Source of the DNA: an uncultured Pelagibacteraceae bacterium
Lineage (GTDB): Bacteria; Pseudomonadota; Alphaproteobacteria; Pelagibacterales; Pelagibacteraceae
Assembly (NCBI GenBank): GCA_902573385.1
Contig: CACGJS010000002.1
Coordinates: 17,393 to 81,392 of the forward strand
Direction: 5' to 3'
Length of the DNA: 64,000 nt
This document shows positions 9,188 to 17,099 of the stretch, one piece after another. The translations under genes and the position numbers were made by a program. Position 1 is the stretch's first letter. Every line of letters starts with the position of its first letter. The notes beneath the pieces are model-generated. The model worked only from the letters and a program-made list of their open reading frames with translations, was not told where the DNA came from and did not search any database.

Positions 9188-10769
9188 AGTCTCCCTCTGA
9201 TAAACGACCAGTTTCTTTATTATAAATTAATGTTGATGCAATTCCTGTATCTCCACTAAATCTATTTTTAAGAACTCTACAAATCATTACATTGCCCTCA
9301 TCTGCAGACTGTTGGTTTCTTTCAAAACCTAATACTGCATCTGATAATTGAGCTAAAGAATGTGAACCTCTTAAATGTGATAAAGAAGTTTGAGTTCCCT
9401 CCTCATGTCCAAATTTGCCCTCAGGTCTTTTTAAATGTGAAACAACAAACATTGCACAATTTAATTCTTCAACTAATTTTCTTAGTGAAGTCATTGTGTT
9501 GTCTATTAATCTTCTTTCATCTCCATCACTCAAACCTGAAATAACTATTGAGATATGGTCTAGGAAAATAACTTTGCAGTCTAAACCTTTTACCATGTAA
9601 CGAATTTTATTTAATAAATCTTCTGTGGAATGACTTCCCCAGTGGTCATACAATGTTATGTAATCTTTTATTTTATTCCATTCATTAACTATATCTTCAT
9701 CAGCTATAGTTTTTCTAACTTCAGGAATATGTATTAATTTATTTAAACCTACTGAAACAATTCCTCTTATACTTCTCTTAACGCTTTCTTCTAAAGCTAT
9801 ATAACCAACTTTATGTTTGTTACTAATTAAGTGATAAGCAATTTCTCTACAGACTTGTGATTTACCTGTACCTGAACCTGCACATAATAAATTAAGTTCT
9901 CCAAGTCTTATTCCATTTAATTTTGAATTTAATCCATTCCATTGGTAAGGAATACTTTCAACATGGTTATCTTTTAATAATAAGTCTTTAGTGTCAGCTC
10001 CCTCTACAATACCTGCAGGACTAAATGATTTAGCTTCCCAAAAACTATCAACAATCTTAGCACCTAAATTAGCTACTAATAAATCATTAGCATCTTTCAT
10101 TGGTAACTTAGCTATGTATGCTTTTTTAACTGGTAAGATGTTTGCACATTCTATTGATGCCTTTGAACCTGCATCATCATTGTCAAACATAAGTACAATT
10201 TTTTCAAATTTACTTAACCACTCTAATTCTCTTTTAATATATTTTTTTGCTGAACTAGCACCTGATGGAACTGATACTACTGGATATTTATGATTATTAA
10301 TTTGGGAAACAGACATTGCGTCTATTTCTCCCTCAGTAATGATTATAGATTTACCCCCATCACGCCATAGGTTCTGACCAAATAATGTTATTTTATCTGT
10401 ATCGCCTAACCATTTAAAAGATTTGTCAGCAAAACGAATGTGTTGTGCTACCAAACTATACTGTTTGTCGTAGTAATTAGATATATGGCAATTCCTGCCA
10501 TTATATATTCCAGTTTCATAATTGAATTTTTTACAGGTCTCAGAGTTTATATGTCTCTTTGGTAATGCGTTTACACTACCCTCTATTAAATCTAGCACTT
10601 CTTTCCTTTTCTGTGGTTGAATTGGTTGTTCCCCATTGAGAGGTGTCCACTGCAAACAACCAAAACAATACGAATGAAATTCGTAGATGGCTAAATTGTC
10701 TTGGCTATTGCAGTTGTTACAAGGAGCATGACGAATGAATTTTTCATCTGGTCTAATTTGGTTCTTCAT
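9177..10769 (-). CDS. DNA primase/helicase (T7 gp4-like)
   Basis: Zn finger CxxC...CxxC, TEGEIDA TOPRIM, AGSGTGKS Walker A, LRGS, KNRFSG. Confidence 0.96.
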   Translation of the reverse strand: MKNQIRPDEKFIRHAPCNNCNSQDNLAIYEFHSYCFGCLQWTPLNGEQPIQPQKRKEVLDLIEGSVNALPKRHINSETCKKFNYETGIYNGRNCHISNYYDKQYSLVAQHIRFADKSFKWLGDTDKITLFGQNLWRDGGKSIIITEGEIDAMSVSQINNHKYPVVSVPSGASSAKKYIKRELEWLSKFEKIVLMFDNDDAGSKASIECANILPVKKAYIAKLPMKDANDLLVANLGAKIVDSFWEAKSFSPAGIVEGADTKDLLLKDNHVESIPYQWNGLNSKLNGIRLGELNLLCAGSGTGKSQVCREIAYHLISNKHKVGYIALEESVKRSIRGIVSVGLNKLIHIPEVRKTIADEDIVNEWNKIKDYITLYDHWGSHSTEDLLNKIRYMVKGLDCKVIFLDHISIVISGLSDGDERRLIDNTMTSLRKLVEELNCAMFVVSHLKRPEGKFGHEEGTQTSLSHLRGSHSLAQLSDAVLGFERNQQSADEGNVMICRVLKNRFSGDTGIASTLIYNKETGRLSEGDFDE

Positions 10770-11256
10770 CTGACTGAAGTTCCCTTAGGTCAGCATCATC
10801 TGTAGTGCTGTCTTGAAATTTGTAATTAGGTATATTCTCGTTTAACAAATATTCTTGAACATCAAAATTAGGACAAGTTTTTCTTTTGTCTAAATCATAA
10901 TGTCCAACAATACGAGCTTCAGGATATAACTTAACTAATCTTGATAATTGTTTGTATAAAGTTTCCCATTGTTCAGCAGTAAAGTTATCTTCAGGTAATT
11001 GCCAATCTTCTTCTAAAGCTCCACCAACTAAACATAAACCAAATGAAGTATGATTGTAATTTTTAACATGAGCTTGAATTGCGTTGTCTTCTCTGCCCTG
11101 TTCATAAGTACCATCACGCTTGATAACTCCTCCATAACCAATCTTTAGCCACCCTCTTTCTCTGTGCCATCTATCTATTGTTTTCGCATCTACATCTTTT
11201 TGTGATGGTCTAGTCTGACTACAGTGAATGACTATGTATGTTGTGTTATCTCGCAT
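10753..11256 (-). CDS. N-acetylmuramoyl-L-alanine amidase (T7 gp3.5 lysozyme-like)
   Basis: IVIHCS, WHRERGW, GHYD...CPNFDV. Confidence 0.92.
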   Translation of the reverse strand: MRDNTTYIVIHCSQTRPSQKDVDAKTIDRWHRERGWLKIGYGGVIKRDGTYEQGREDNAIQAHVKNYNHTSFGLCLVGGALEEDWQLPEDNFTAEQWETLYKQLSRLVKLYPEARIVGHYDLDKRKTCPNFDVQEYLLNENIPNYKFQDSTTDDADLRELQSDEEPN

Positions 11257-11686
11257 TTTTTTTCGCCTTTATTTCATTGAGCCATTCATCTGGGAATGGT
11301 TTCTTGGTTGATTGTATGCAGTGGTATTTGAACCCAAATAGTTCACACCACTTGCCATAAGTAGTTAAAGATTTCTTTCCAATTTTTGTTTTTGAATTTG
11401 AAAAGATAAATCTAATATCTAAATCTTTATGTTGTTGTTTTATGAGTTTGTGTTTCTTTCGGTCTGCTGAATTAAATGCACCCTTAGCTTCCACAATAAA
11501 CTTATCATTTATTGGGAAGTCAGGTGTGTATGATTTTTTCTGAGTAGGTAATTCAAACTTAATTTTCATTCCCTCATAAACAAAATGTACTTTGTTTTGT
11601 TTTAGGAAATTATAAATTACTTCTTCTAAACCACTTTTTAATTCAACATTCTTAGAAATCCGAACTCTCTTGTACTTCTGGTGCAT
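11246..11686 (-). CDS. Endonuclease I / Holliday junction resolvase (T7 gp3-like)
   Basis: KSGLE, YTPDF, VEAKG, LDIRFIF; start re-assigned to ATG 11686 to reduce overlap with SSB. Confidence 0.92.
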   Translation of the reverse strand: MHQKYKRVRISKNVELKSGLEEVIYNFLKQNKVHFVYEGMKIKFELPTQKKSYTPDFPINDKFIVEAKGAFNSADRKKHKLIKQQHKDLDIRFIFSNSKTKIGKKSLTTYGKWCELFGFKYHCIQSTKKPFPDEWLNEIKAKKNAR

Positions 11687-12242
11687 TAGAGTTCTCACTT
11701 CCTGTTGATTTACTTTCAAAACCATCTTCTTCTTTGAAAATGTTTTGGTCTGATTTGCCTTGAACAAGTTTAATAACTTGAACTGCTTTTAGTCGTAGAC
11801 TTACTCCTGCACCTAACATTGGTGTGTAGTAAGGAACTTCTTGATAAGCAACTTTCATTATTGTTCCTCCCCAAATACTTACATCTGCAGGTAATGGGTT
11901 TTTCTTGGCATCAAAAAGCATAGGTCTTTGAGAAAACTTCTCTTGAGTTTTTCTGTTTACACCTGATGCTTTCATCTTAAATTTGAAGAAGACATAATCG
12001 CCCTCCTCTGTATAAGGTTTAGGAGCTTCTTTAATTTTCTTCCCCTTGTTATCTTTTTCAGCTTTAGCAAGACTGTCTACTATTGCTTGGTCAACACTTT
12101 TGACCATATCTGTAGCGTCTGATTTGCTAATCTTTAAAGTAACCTTGTATTCCCCTAGTTCATTAAAACGAACATCTGGTTTTACAAGATGAGGATAAAT
12201 GCTTTCGGAAGCAACACTTACCTTAGTTTGTATATCACTCAT
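11652..12242 (-). CDS. Single-stranded DNA-binding protein (T7 gp2.5-like)
   Basis: GVSLRLKAVQVI and acidic tail ending DF; start re-assigned to ATG 12242 with AGGAG SD. Confidence 0.92.
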   Translation of the reverse strand: MSDIQTKVSVASESIYPHLVKPDVRFNELGEYKVTLKISKSDATDMVKSVDQAIVDSLAKAEKDNKGKKIKEAPKPYTEEGDYVFFKFKMKASGVNRKTQEKFSQRPMLFDAKKNPLPADVSIWGGTIMKVAYQEVPYYTPMLGAGVSLRLKAVQVIKLVQGKSDQNIFKEEDGFESKSTGSENSNAPEVQESSDF

Positions 12243-12276
12243 AATTATTCTCCTATTTGTGATTGATTGATTTGAA

Positions 12277-12326
12277 GCCAACTGAACAACTAGAAAGGAA
12301 AAGGATATGGTGGTCGTTCAGTTAGC
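12277..12326 (-). promoter_or_regulatory. 14-bp RNA hairpin in SSB leader
   Basis: GCTAACTGAACGAC pairs with GTTGTTCAGTTGGC (2 G-U); 22-nt C/U-rich loop. Confidence 0.6.
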
Positions 12327-12340
12327 TATAAGGGGAACTT
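12326..12340 (-). promoter_or_regulatory. Candidate phage RNAP promoter upstream of replication genes
   Basis: AAGTTCCCCTTATAG; ends TATAG like T7-family promoters; first gap after RNAP. Confidence 0.5.
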
Positions 12341-12344
12341 AATC

Positions 12345-12358
12345 ATGCACTAGTGCAT
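12345..12358. promoter_or_regulatory. Perfect 14-bp palindrome, candidate operator
   Basis: ATGCACTAGTGCAT; variants at 15055, 15126, 15183. Confidence 0.65.
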
Positions 12359-12377
12359 ATATATGGACAAAACAAAT

Positions 12378-14048
12378 CTATATACAAAAGAATACAGACT
12401 GCTTGACCTGTTCTAAATTAAGATTTCCTTTTACTGGCATTTGAGGAAACTTCTTTAGGTTCTTCTCAGATAACATTGCTTTCATTTCATTTGCAAAATT
12501 CAATAAAACATCTTCTTTATAGATTTCACAAAAACTATCACGAATTGCATCTGCCATTATTTTATTTTCTGGGACTGTGCAACCAAAGCTGTCATGTATC
12601 ATACTAAAGTTATCAACTCCTGCTTCTTTAGCTTTAACAACTGCTAACTGTAAAACACTAGCATCAAGTGAATGTATAAAATTAGGACAAACTGATTGTG
12701 CAGTTTTTCTTTTATCAATTATATTTGTTTGTGATGCTATAGATAACTTAACAATGCTATCTCCCATTTTAGTTTTAACTCTTTTACTTTCAGTTTTGTA
12801 ACACATCATTTGAACTGGAAAGTTAAGTTTAGGTGTTGTCCAACATACTGGTAGATTTTCTGATGCTACTAGTCTTGCTATAGATTTTAAGAAATCCATA
12901 ATGTCTCTAGCTTTAACAACTACATCATTAATACTGTCCCATACTATTGGTGTTAGATAAGCAGTAGCTTTAAATAGGTCTTCTCCAAACTTATGTTTAG
13001 TTCCTCTTTCAGCTAATTCTTTAGTTACATGGTCTTCTAAGTATTGTCTGCATGAATACCTTGTTAATGAATAAGGTAAACACATAACAGGCTTCTTACA
13101 GATTTTTCTATTTATTCCATAGTCCAACCATAACTTAGCTATATCATCTGTTTTAGCTTTTAGTTTTTCAGTAACCTTTTCTGCAACTAAATTATAAACA
13201 TCTGCAGGTTTATTACTTGGTACTAAATTAGTAGCTAATCCACCTACTTCATCTCTCATCATTGCTGAATAATGTTGTAAGCCAGAATTACTACAGTCTG
13301 CTTGTATTGGTAGCGTTGTTATAAAACTATCACTAAATTCGCTATCACTATACGCTTTCATTTCATAACAAAATGCTAAGAAACAAAAAGGTTTATCTGC
13401 ATCACACCACCATGTGTATTCTAATGGAGACTTGGCACATTCGATAATTCTTTCCATATTATCTTTAATCCATTTAATTCTTACTGGAAGTTCTTCTTTA
13501 TCTACTTCTCCAAATAGACCTGCACCTGCTATTGCTAGTACATCAAAATTATCTCCTATTCTTTTTCCAAATTTAAAAGTTAATAAGGCTCTAGAATAAT
13601 CTGCTGACTGTGGAGATAACATTGCAGGTTTCGGATATATCCTCGACCTGAAGTCTAATTGGTAAGGATAAAAGAAACCACCTTTGTCTAAAAGCATTTC
13701 AGCTTCTTCTATAATCTGACTTACTTGTATGAACTTAGAGTTTTGTTTTGCTCTACCCTCATAGACTTTAGATGCTTCTCTTTTCCATTTAATTAAACTT
13801 TCCTTATTTGTAGATATATCTACAGGCTTTATAGGAAGTTCTATTGTTTGTGGATTTATTGGTAATTTGCCTAGAGGAAAGTCATTTTCCATACATTTCT
13901 TAATAACCTCAAATATAGGTTTATTAATTACCCATTCTGTATGTTGCATAATATTGACTGATTTATAGACATCAGGCATTTGTTTGGCATGATTTTTCAG
14001 TTCTTCTAGGTATCTTCTGTTTGACGCTTTTACTAAATTAAAGTGCAT
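12378..14048 (-). CDS. T7-like RNA polymerase, C-terminal catalytic subunit
   Basis: DFRSRIY, motif A ADCSNSGLQH, motif B RKICKKPVMCLPY, motif C IHDSFG; own AGGAG SD. Confidence 0.93.
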   Translation of the reverse strand: MHFNLVKASNRRYLEELKNHAKQMPDVYKSVNIMQHTEWVINKPIFEVIKKCMENDFPLGKLPINPQTIELPIKPVDISTNKESLIKWKREASKVYEGRAKQNSKFIQVSQIIEEAEMLLDKGGFFYPYQLDFRSRIYPKPAMLSPQSADYSRALLTFKFGKRIGDNFDVLAIAGAGLFGEVDKEELPVRIKWIKDNMERIIECAKSPLEYTWWCDADKPFCFLAFCYEMKAYSDSEFSDSFITTLPIQADCSNSGLQHYSAMMRDEVGGLATNLVPSNKPADVYNLVAEKVTEKLKAKTDDIAKLWLDYGINRKICKKPVMCLPYSLTRYSCRQYLEDHVTKELAERGTKHKFGEDLFKATAYLTPIVWDSINDVVVKARDIMDFLKSIARLVASENLPVCWTTPKLNFPVQMMCYKTESKRVKTKMGDSIVKLSIASQTNIIDKRKTAQSVCPNFIHSLDASVLQLAVVKAKEAGVDNFSMIHDSFGCTVPENKIMADAIRDSFCEIYKEDVLLNFANEMKAMLSEKNLKKFPQMPVKGNLNLEQVKQSVFFCI

Positions 14049-15028
14049 TATTTCTTCTCCTTGTTAATTGATTGAATGATTTCTTTAGTATCGTTTTTGT
14101 AGTTATGCTTCCTGCCATAATATCCTCCTACAAAAGGATTTTCCCAATCTCTAGGTGGCATTAACATTGGTAGGTATTTAGGATAAAGAGCTTCATTCTT
14201 AATATTAAAGTTCTTAATTTCCTCAATGACATGTGGTGTAGCTTCTACATAACAAACAGTTTTAGTCTTACTAGACTTTCTATTCTGATGTTTAACTAGA
14301 TTTAATCTCTCACAATAAGAGACTATTTTTACACCAAGATGTAATTGGCTTTCTTTACTCCAATCATCAAACTGTAATTTGTGCTTGTTCATACAGTAAG
14401 TCCAAACCTTACGCTTGTAGAGGTATCTATTGGCGTTCTGAGGTATGTTTTTTCCTGTAAGTCTCTTTGCTACTTGATTGTATTTATCTTTTTCTTCATC
14501 TTTAAAGATGGTTATTTTAGCTTCAAGCATTAATGCAGTACCAATAACTATAGCTAATTTATTAAGTGTGGTTTCTGCTGAGATACCATCAATTACATTC
14601 TTCAATGCAATCAGGCTCACAGTATCCCATACATTAGGATTATTCTCTACGAACTCCTCGTTAATAAATGCTGACTTTGGTAAACACTGACAGAGTAGCT
14701 TTAATGCTGTTTGCCTATTCCCTGCTTCTCCTGAGGTCATTTTACAGACTTCATCATGGATTAGCTTGGATAGCTCAGTTATATACTTCTGCTGAAGTAC
14801 AATGCCATATAGCGTAGTACTTTCTTGATTATCCTTTACTGCTTCTCTGATTAGCTTTTGGTATCTATTTATACCACCTCTAATCATAGCTTCTTCAAAA
14901 GCTATTTCTTCTTCAATCTTTTTTACATAGTCTTCGGTGTTCTCATTTCTAAATTTACCACCTACTCCTACTTTAATTAATTCCTCCAACTGTTGCTGAA
15001 GTAATGTCTTCTGTTCTGATGTACTCAT
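14048..15028 (-). CDS. T7-like RNA polymerase, N-terminal subunit
   Basis: FEEAMIRGGINRY, WSKESQLHLGVKI, PMLMPPRDW...GGYY (T7 PCVVPPKPW...GGGYW). Confidence 0.9.
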   Translation of the reverse strand: MSTSEQKTLLQQQLEELIKVGVGGKFRNENTEDYVKKIEEEIAFEEAMIRGGINRYQKLIREAVKDNQESTTLYGIVLQQKYITELSKLIHDEVCKMTSGEAGNRQTALKLLCQCLPKSAFINEEFVENNPNVWDTVSLIALKNVIDGISAETTLNKLAIVIGTALMLEAKITIFKDEEKDKYNQVAKRLTGKNIPQNANRYLYKRKVWTYCMNKHKLQFDDWSKESQLHLGVKIVSYCERLNLVKHQNRKSSKTKTVCYVEATPHVIEEIKNFNIKNEALYPKYLPMLMPPRDWENPFVGGYYGRKHNYKNDTKEIIQSINKEKK

Positions 15029-15054
15029 ACTGTTCTTATCCTATGGTTAAGTAC

Positions 15055-15196
15055 ATGCACTTGTGTTTTGTGTTGCACAACAAATTGCGTATTTTGATAG
15101 TTTTGTTGCATTTGTTGCAGAAACTATTCACTAGTGCATATAATGTTATATTTAAAAAAAGCTGTTGCTATTGAAGAAGAATATGCACTAATGAAT
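15055..15196. promoter_or_regulatory. Three degenerate copies of the 14-bp palindrome upstream of RNAP
   Basis: ATGCACTTGTGTTT 15055-15068, ATTCACTAGTGCAT 15126-15139, ATGCACTAATGAAT 15183-15196. Confidence 0.6.
15102..15119 (+). repeat. Tandem direct repeat TTTGTTGCA x2, candidate integrase arm-type sites
   Basis: Further TGTTGCA at 15071; about 100 bp from att core. Confidence 0.4.
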
Positions 15197-15218
15197 GTAT
15201 TGATGATTGGGGTATATA

Positions 15219-15257
15219 TCCTAAGACTAACGCGTCTACCAATTCCGCCACTCGCCC
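15219..15257 (-). pseudogene. tRNA-Leu(TAG) 5' half at prophage att junction
   Basis: GGGCGAG TG GCGGAATTGGTAGACGC G TTAGT CTTAGGA = acceptor 5' strand, D arm, anticodon 5' stem and loop; expected ACTAA replaced by TATAT. Confidence 0.9.
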
Positions 15258-15271
15258 ACAAATTATGCAGT

Positions 15272-15299
15272 TTTATATATTATTGGTTTGATTTGTCCA
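15272..15299 (-). promoter_or_regulatory. Candidate host tRNA promoter
   Basis: TGGACA-N16-TATAAA just upstream of tRNA 5' end. Confidence 0.4.
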
Positions 15300-15555
15300 A
15301 TGCCAAAAACTACAAAAATATAGTTAAATTTTATAATTAGCTTGTATATTTTTATTTTTTACTTGGTTTTCTTATTCTGATTATTAATTTTACTAGATAA
15401 GATTATTTTTTTTGAATTAAATTTACTATTAGTAATGTTGCTCCTATGCCTAGCATATGCTTGTTTCTGAGCTTGTTTCATAGCTTTTTTAGATGACATA
15501 ATTTTAATTAACTTTATTATAATATAAATTAAACAAAATTATACTTATTCTCAAT

Positions 15556-16413
15556 ATGGAAAATATTTCACTGTATGTTTGCGCCTACAATGTTGAAAAA
15601 ACAATCGAAGAAGTAATTCTTGGTATATTAGATTTGCAACCAAAACCTGAGGAAATTATAGTAATTAATGATGGCTCAACAGATTCTACCTCAAAAATAT
15701 TAAATAAATATAAAGATAATATTAAAATTTTTGATTTACCAAAAAATATGGGTATCGGCTATGGAAGAAATTTAGCTATTAAAGAATCAAAAAATAACTT
15801 AGTTGCTACAGTAGATTCTGATGTAGTGCCTGATAAAAGTTGGTTATTAAATATTTACAATTCTATGATCAATAATAAAAGTCATTTATGCGGAGGTCTA
15901 TTATTAGAAAAATATATAAAATCTAATCGCTATAACTATTGGAGAGCAATTCATATAATGCATAGTTTTAAAGAAAAAAAAGTTTCCGATGTTAGATCTT
16001 TTATCACAGGTTCTAATATGCTTCTAAATAAAAGTGCTTGGATTAAAGTTGGAGGTTACGATGAACAATTTAGATCAAATGGTGAAGATGTACATTTTTG
16101 TATTAAATTAAGAAATGAAGGATTTAAAATCTCGTATGATAGTGATGCTTATTGTTATCATCTACAAAATGATAATCTTCAAAGTTTACTTAACCGATGC
16201 TGGAGATATTATATTAGTGGAACTGGATTGAAAAAACCTACATTCAAAAGAATGATACTTCGGTCAATCAAACATTCTAAATATTGTTTAATAAATTTTT
16301 CTAAAGATTTAATTAATTTAAGATTCTCAATTCTTGATATACATTTTAGAGTTTTGTTTAACTATATAAAAATGGAATATAAATCTTGTAAAAATAATGA
16401 AATAAAATTTTAA
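15556..16413 (+). CDS. Glycosyltransferase family 2
   Basis: AYN, VINDGSTD, DSD, GGYDEQF...GEDV. Confidence 0.9.
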   Translation: MENISLYVCAYNVEKTIEEVILGILDLQPKPEEIIVINDGSTDSTSKILNKYKDNIKIFDLPKNMGIGYGRNLAIKESKNNLVATVDSDVVPDKSWLLNIYNSMINNKSHLCGGLLLEKYIKSNRYNYWRAIHIMHSFKEKKVSDVRSFITGSNMLLNKSAWIKVGGYDEQFRSNGEDVHFCIKLRNEGFKISYDSDAYCYHLQNDNLQSLLNRCWRYYISGTGLKKPTFKRMILRSIKHSKYCLINFSKDLINLRFSILDIHFRVLFNYIKMEYKSCKNNEIKF

Positions 16414-16424
16414 TCTCTTAATTT

Positions 16425-17099
16425 ATGAATACCAAATTTATTCAATTAAATAATAGTATTATAAACTGCAAGAAATGTAGACGATTAGTTAATTTTACAA
16501 AAAAAATAACGCAAAAAAAAAGAAAAAAAAATATTAATGATAAATATTGGGGAAAACCAGTTCCTGGTTTTGGAGATCTAAAAGCTAGGTTAATGATTAT
16601 TGGTTTAGCTCCTGCTGCTCATGGAGGAACTAGAACTGGCAGAGCATTCACTGGGGATAAATCTGGTGATTTTTTATTTAAATGTTTACATTTAGCAAAA
16701 ATTTCAAATCAACCTTTTTCTTATCATTTTAAAGATGGTTTGAAATTAAATTCTACGTATATAACAAATATTTTAAAATGTGTACCACCTGGTGATAAGC
16801 CTCAAATCAATGAATTAAATAATTGTTCTCATTATTTTGATAGCGAAATTTCTAATCTTAAAAATTTAAGAGTTATAGTAGCTTTAGGTAAAGTCGCTTT
16901 TGACAATTGTATCAAATTTTATAAGAAAAATTATATAATTAAAAAGAGATTAATATTCATACATGGTAAAAAGTACACTCTGCCTGATGGCAAAACTCTT
17001 ATTGCTTGTTACCACCCCAGTCCAAGAAATGTAAATACAAAAACTGTTAATCTTAGAATGATGAAAGATTTATTTGTTAAAGCAAAAAAAATAATCTAA
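16425..17099 (+). CDS. Uracil-DNA glycosylase family 5 (UdgB-like)
   Basis: CxxC, GLAPAAHGGTRTGRAFTGD, HPSPRN. Confidence 0.9.
   Translation: MNTKFIQLNNSIINCKKCRRLVNFTKKITQKKRKKNINDKYWGKPVPGFGDLKARLMIIGLAPAAHGGTRTGRAFTGDKSGDFLFKCLHLAKISNQPFSYHFKDGLKLNSTYITNILKCVPPGDKPQINELNNCSHYFDSEISNLKNLRVIVALGKVAFDNCIKFYKKNYIIKKRLIFIHGKKYTLPDGKTLIACYHPSPRNVNTKTVNLRMMKDLFVKAKKII

Larger units (their letters stand above)
1..15225 (-). mobile_element. T7-like (Autographiviridae, HTVC019P-like pelagiphage type) prophage, right arm; continues left of window
   Basis: Co-oriented T7 gene order RNAP-SSB-endoI-amidase-primase/helicase-PolA-exo-portal-scaffold-capsid-tail tube A; ends at a tRNA-Leu fragment followed by host genes. 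Confidence 0.95.

Noticed and set aside
14042-14048. Operator half-site ATGCACT at the RNAP C-half start codon
   Set aside because: Half-site only and explained by Met-His codons; the same heptamer begins host prpB.
14030-14110. RNAP break as sequencing frameshift or pseudogenisation
   Set aside because: Dedicated AGGAG SD, TAATG coupling, extra tail and intact motifs argue against it; not fully excluded without reads.
15029-15218. Integrase or repressor gene beside att
   Set aside because: Region is too short and has no suitable ORF; expected at the other prophage end.
15170-15257. Complete tRNA-Leu gene
   Set aside because: No 3' anticodon stem, T arm (GTTCGA) or acceptor 3' strand follows the loop.
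15134-15340. 68-aa plus-strand ORF across the att junction
   Set aside because: GTG start, spans operators and the antisense tRNA fragment, chimeric phage/host; no recognisable motif.
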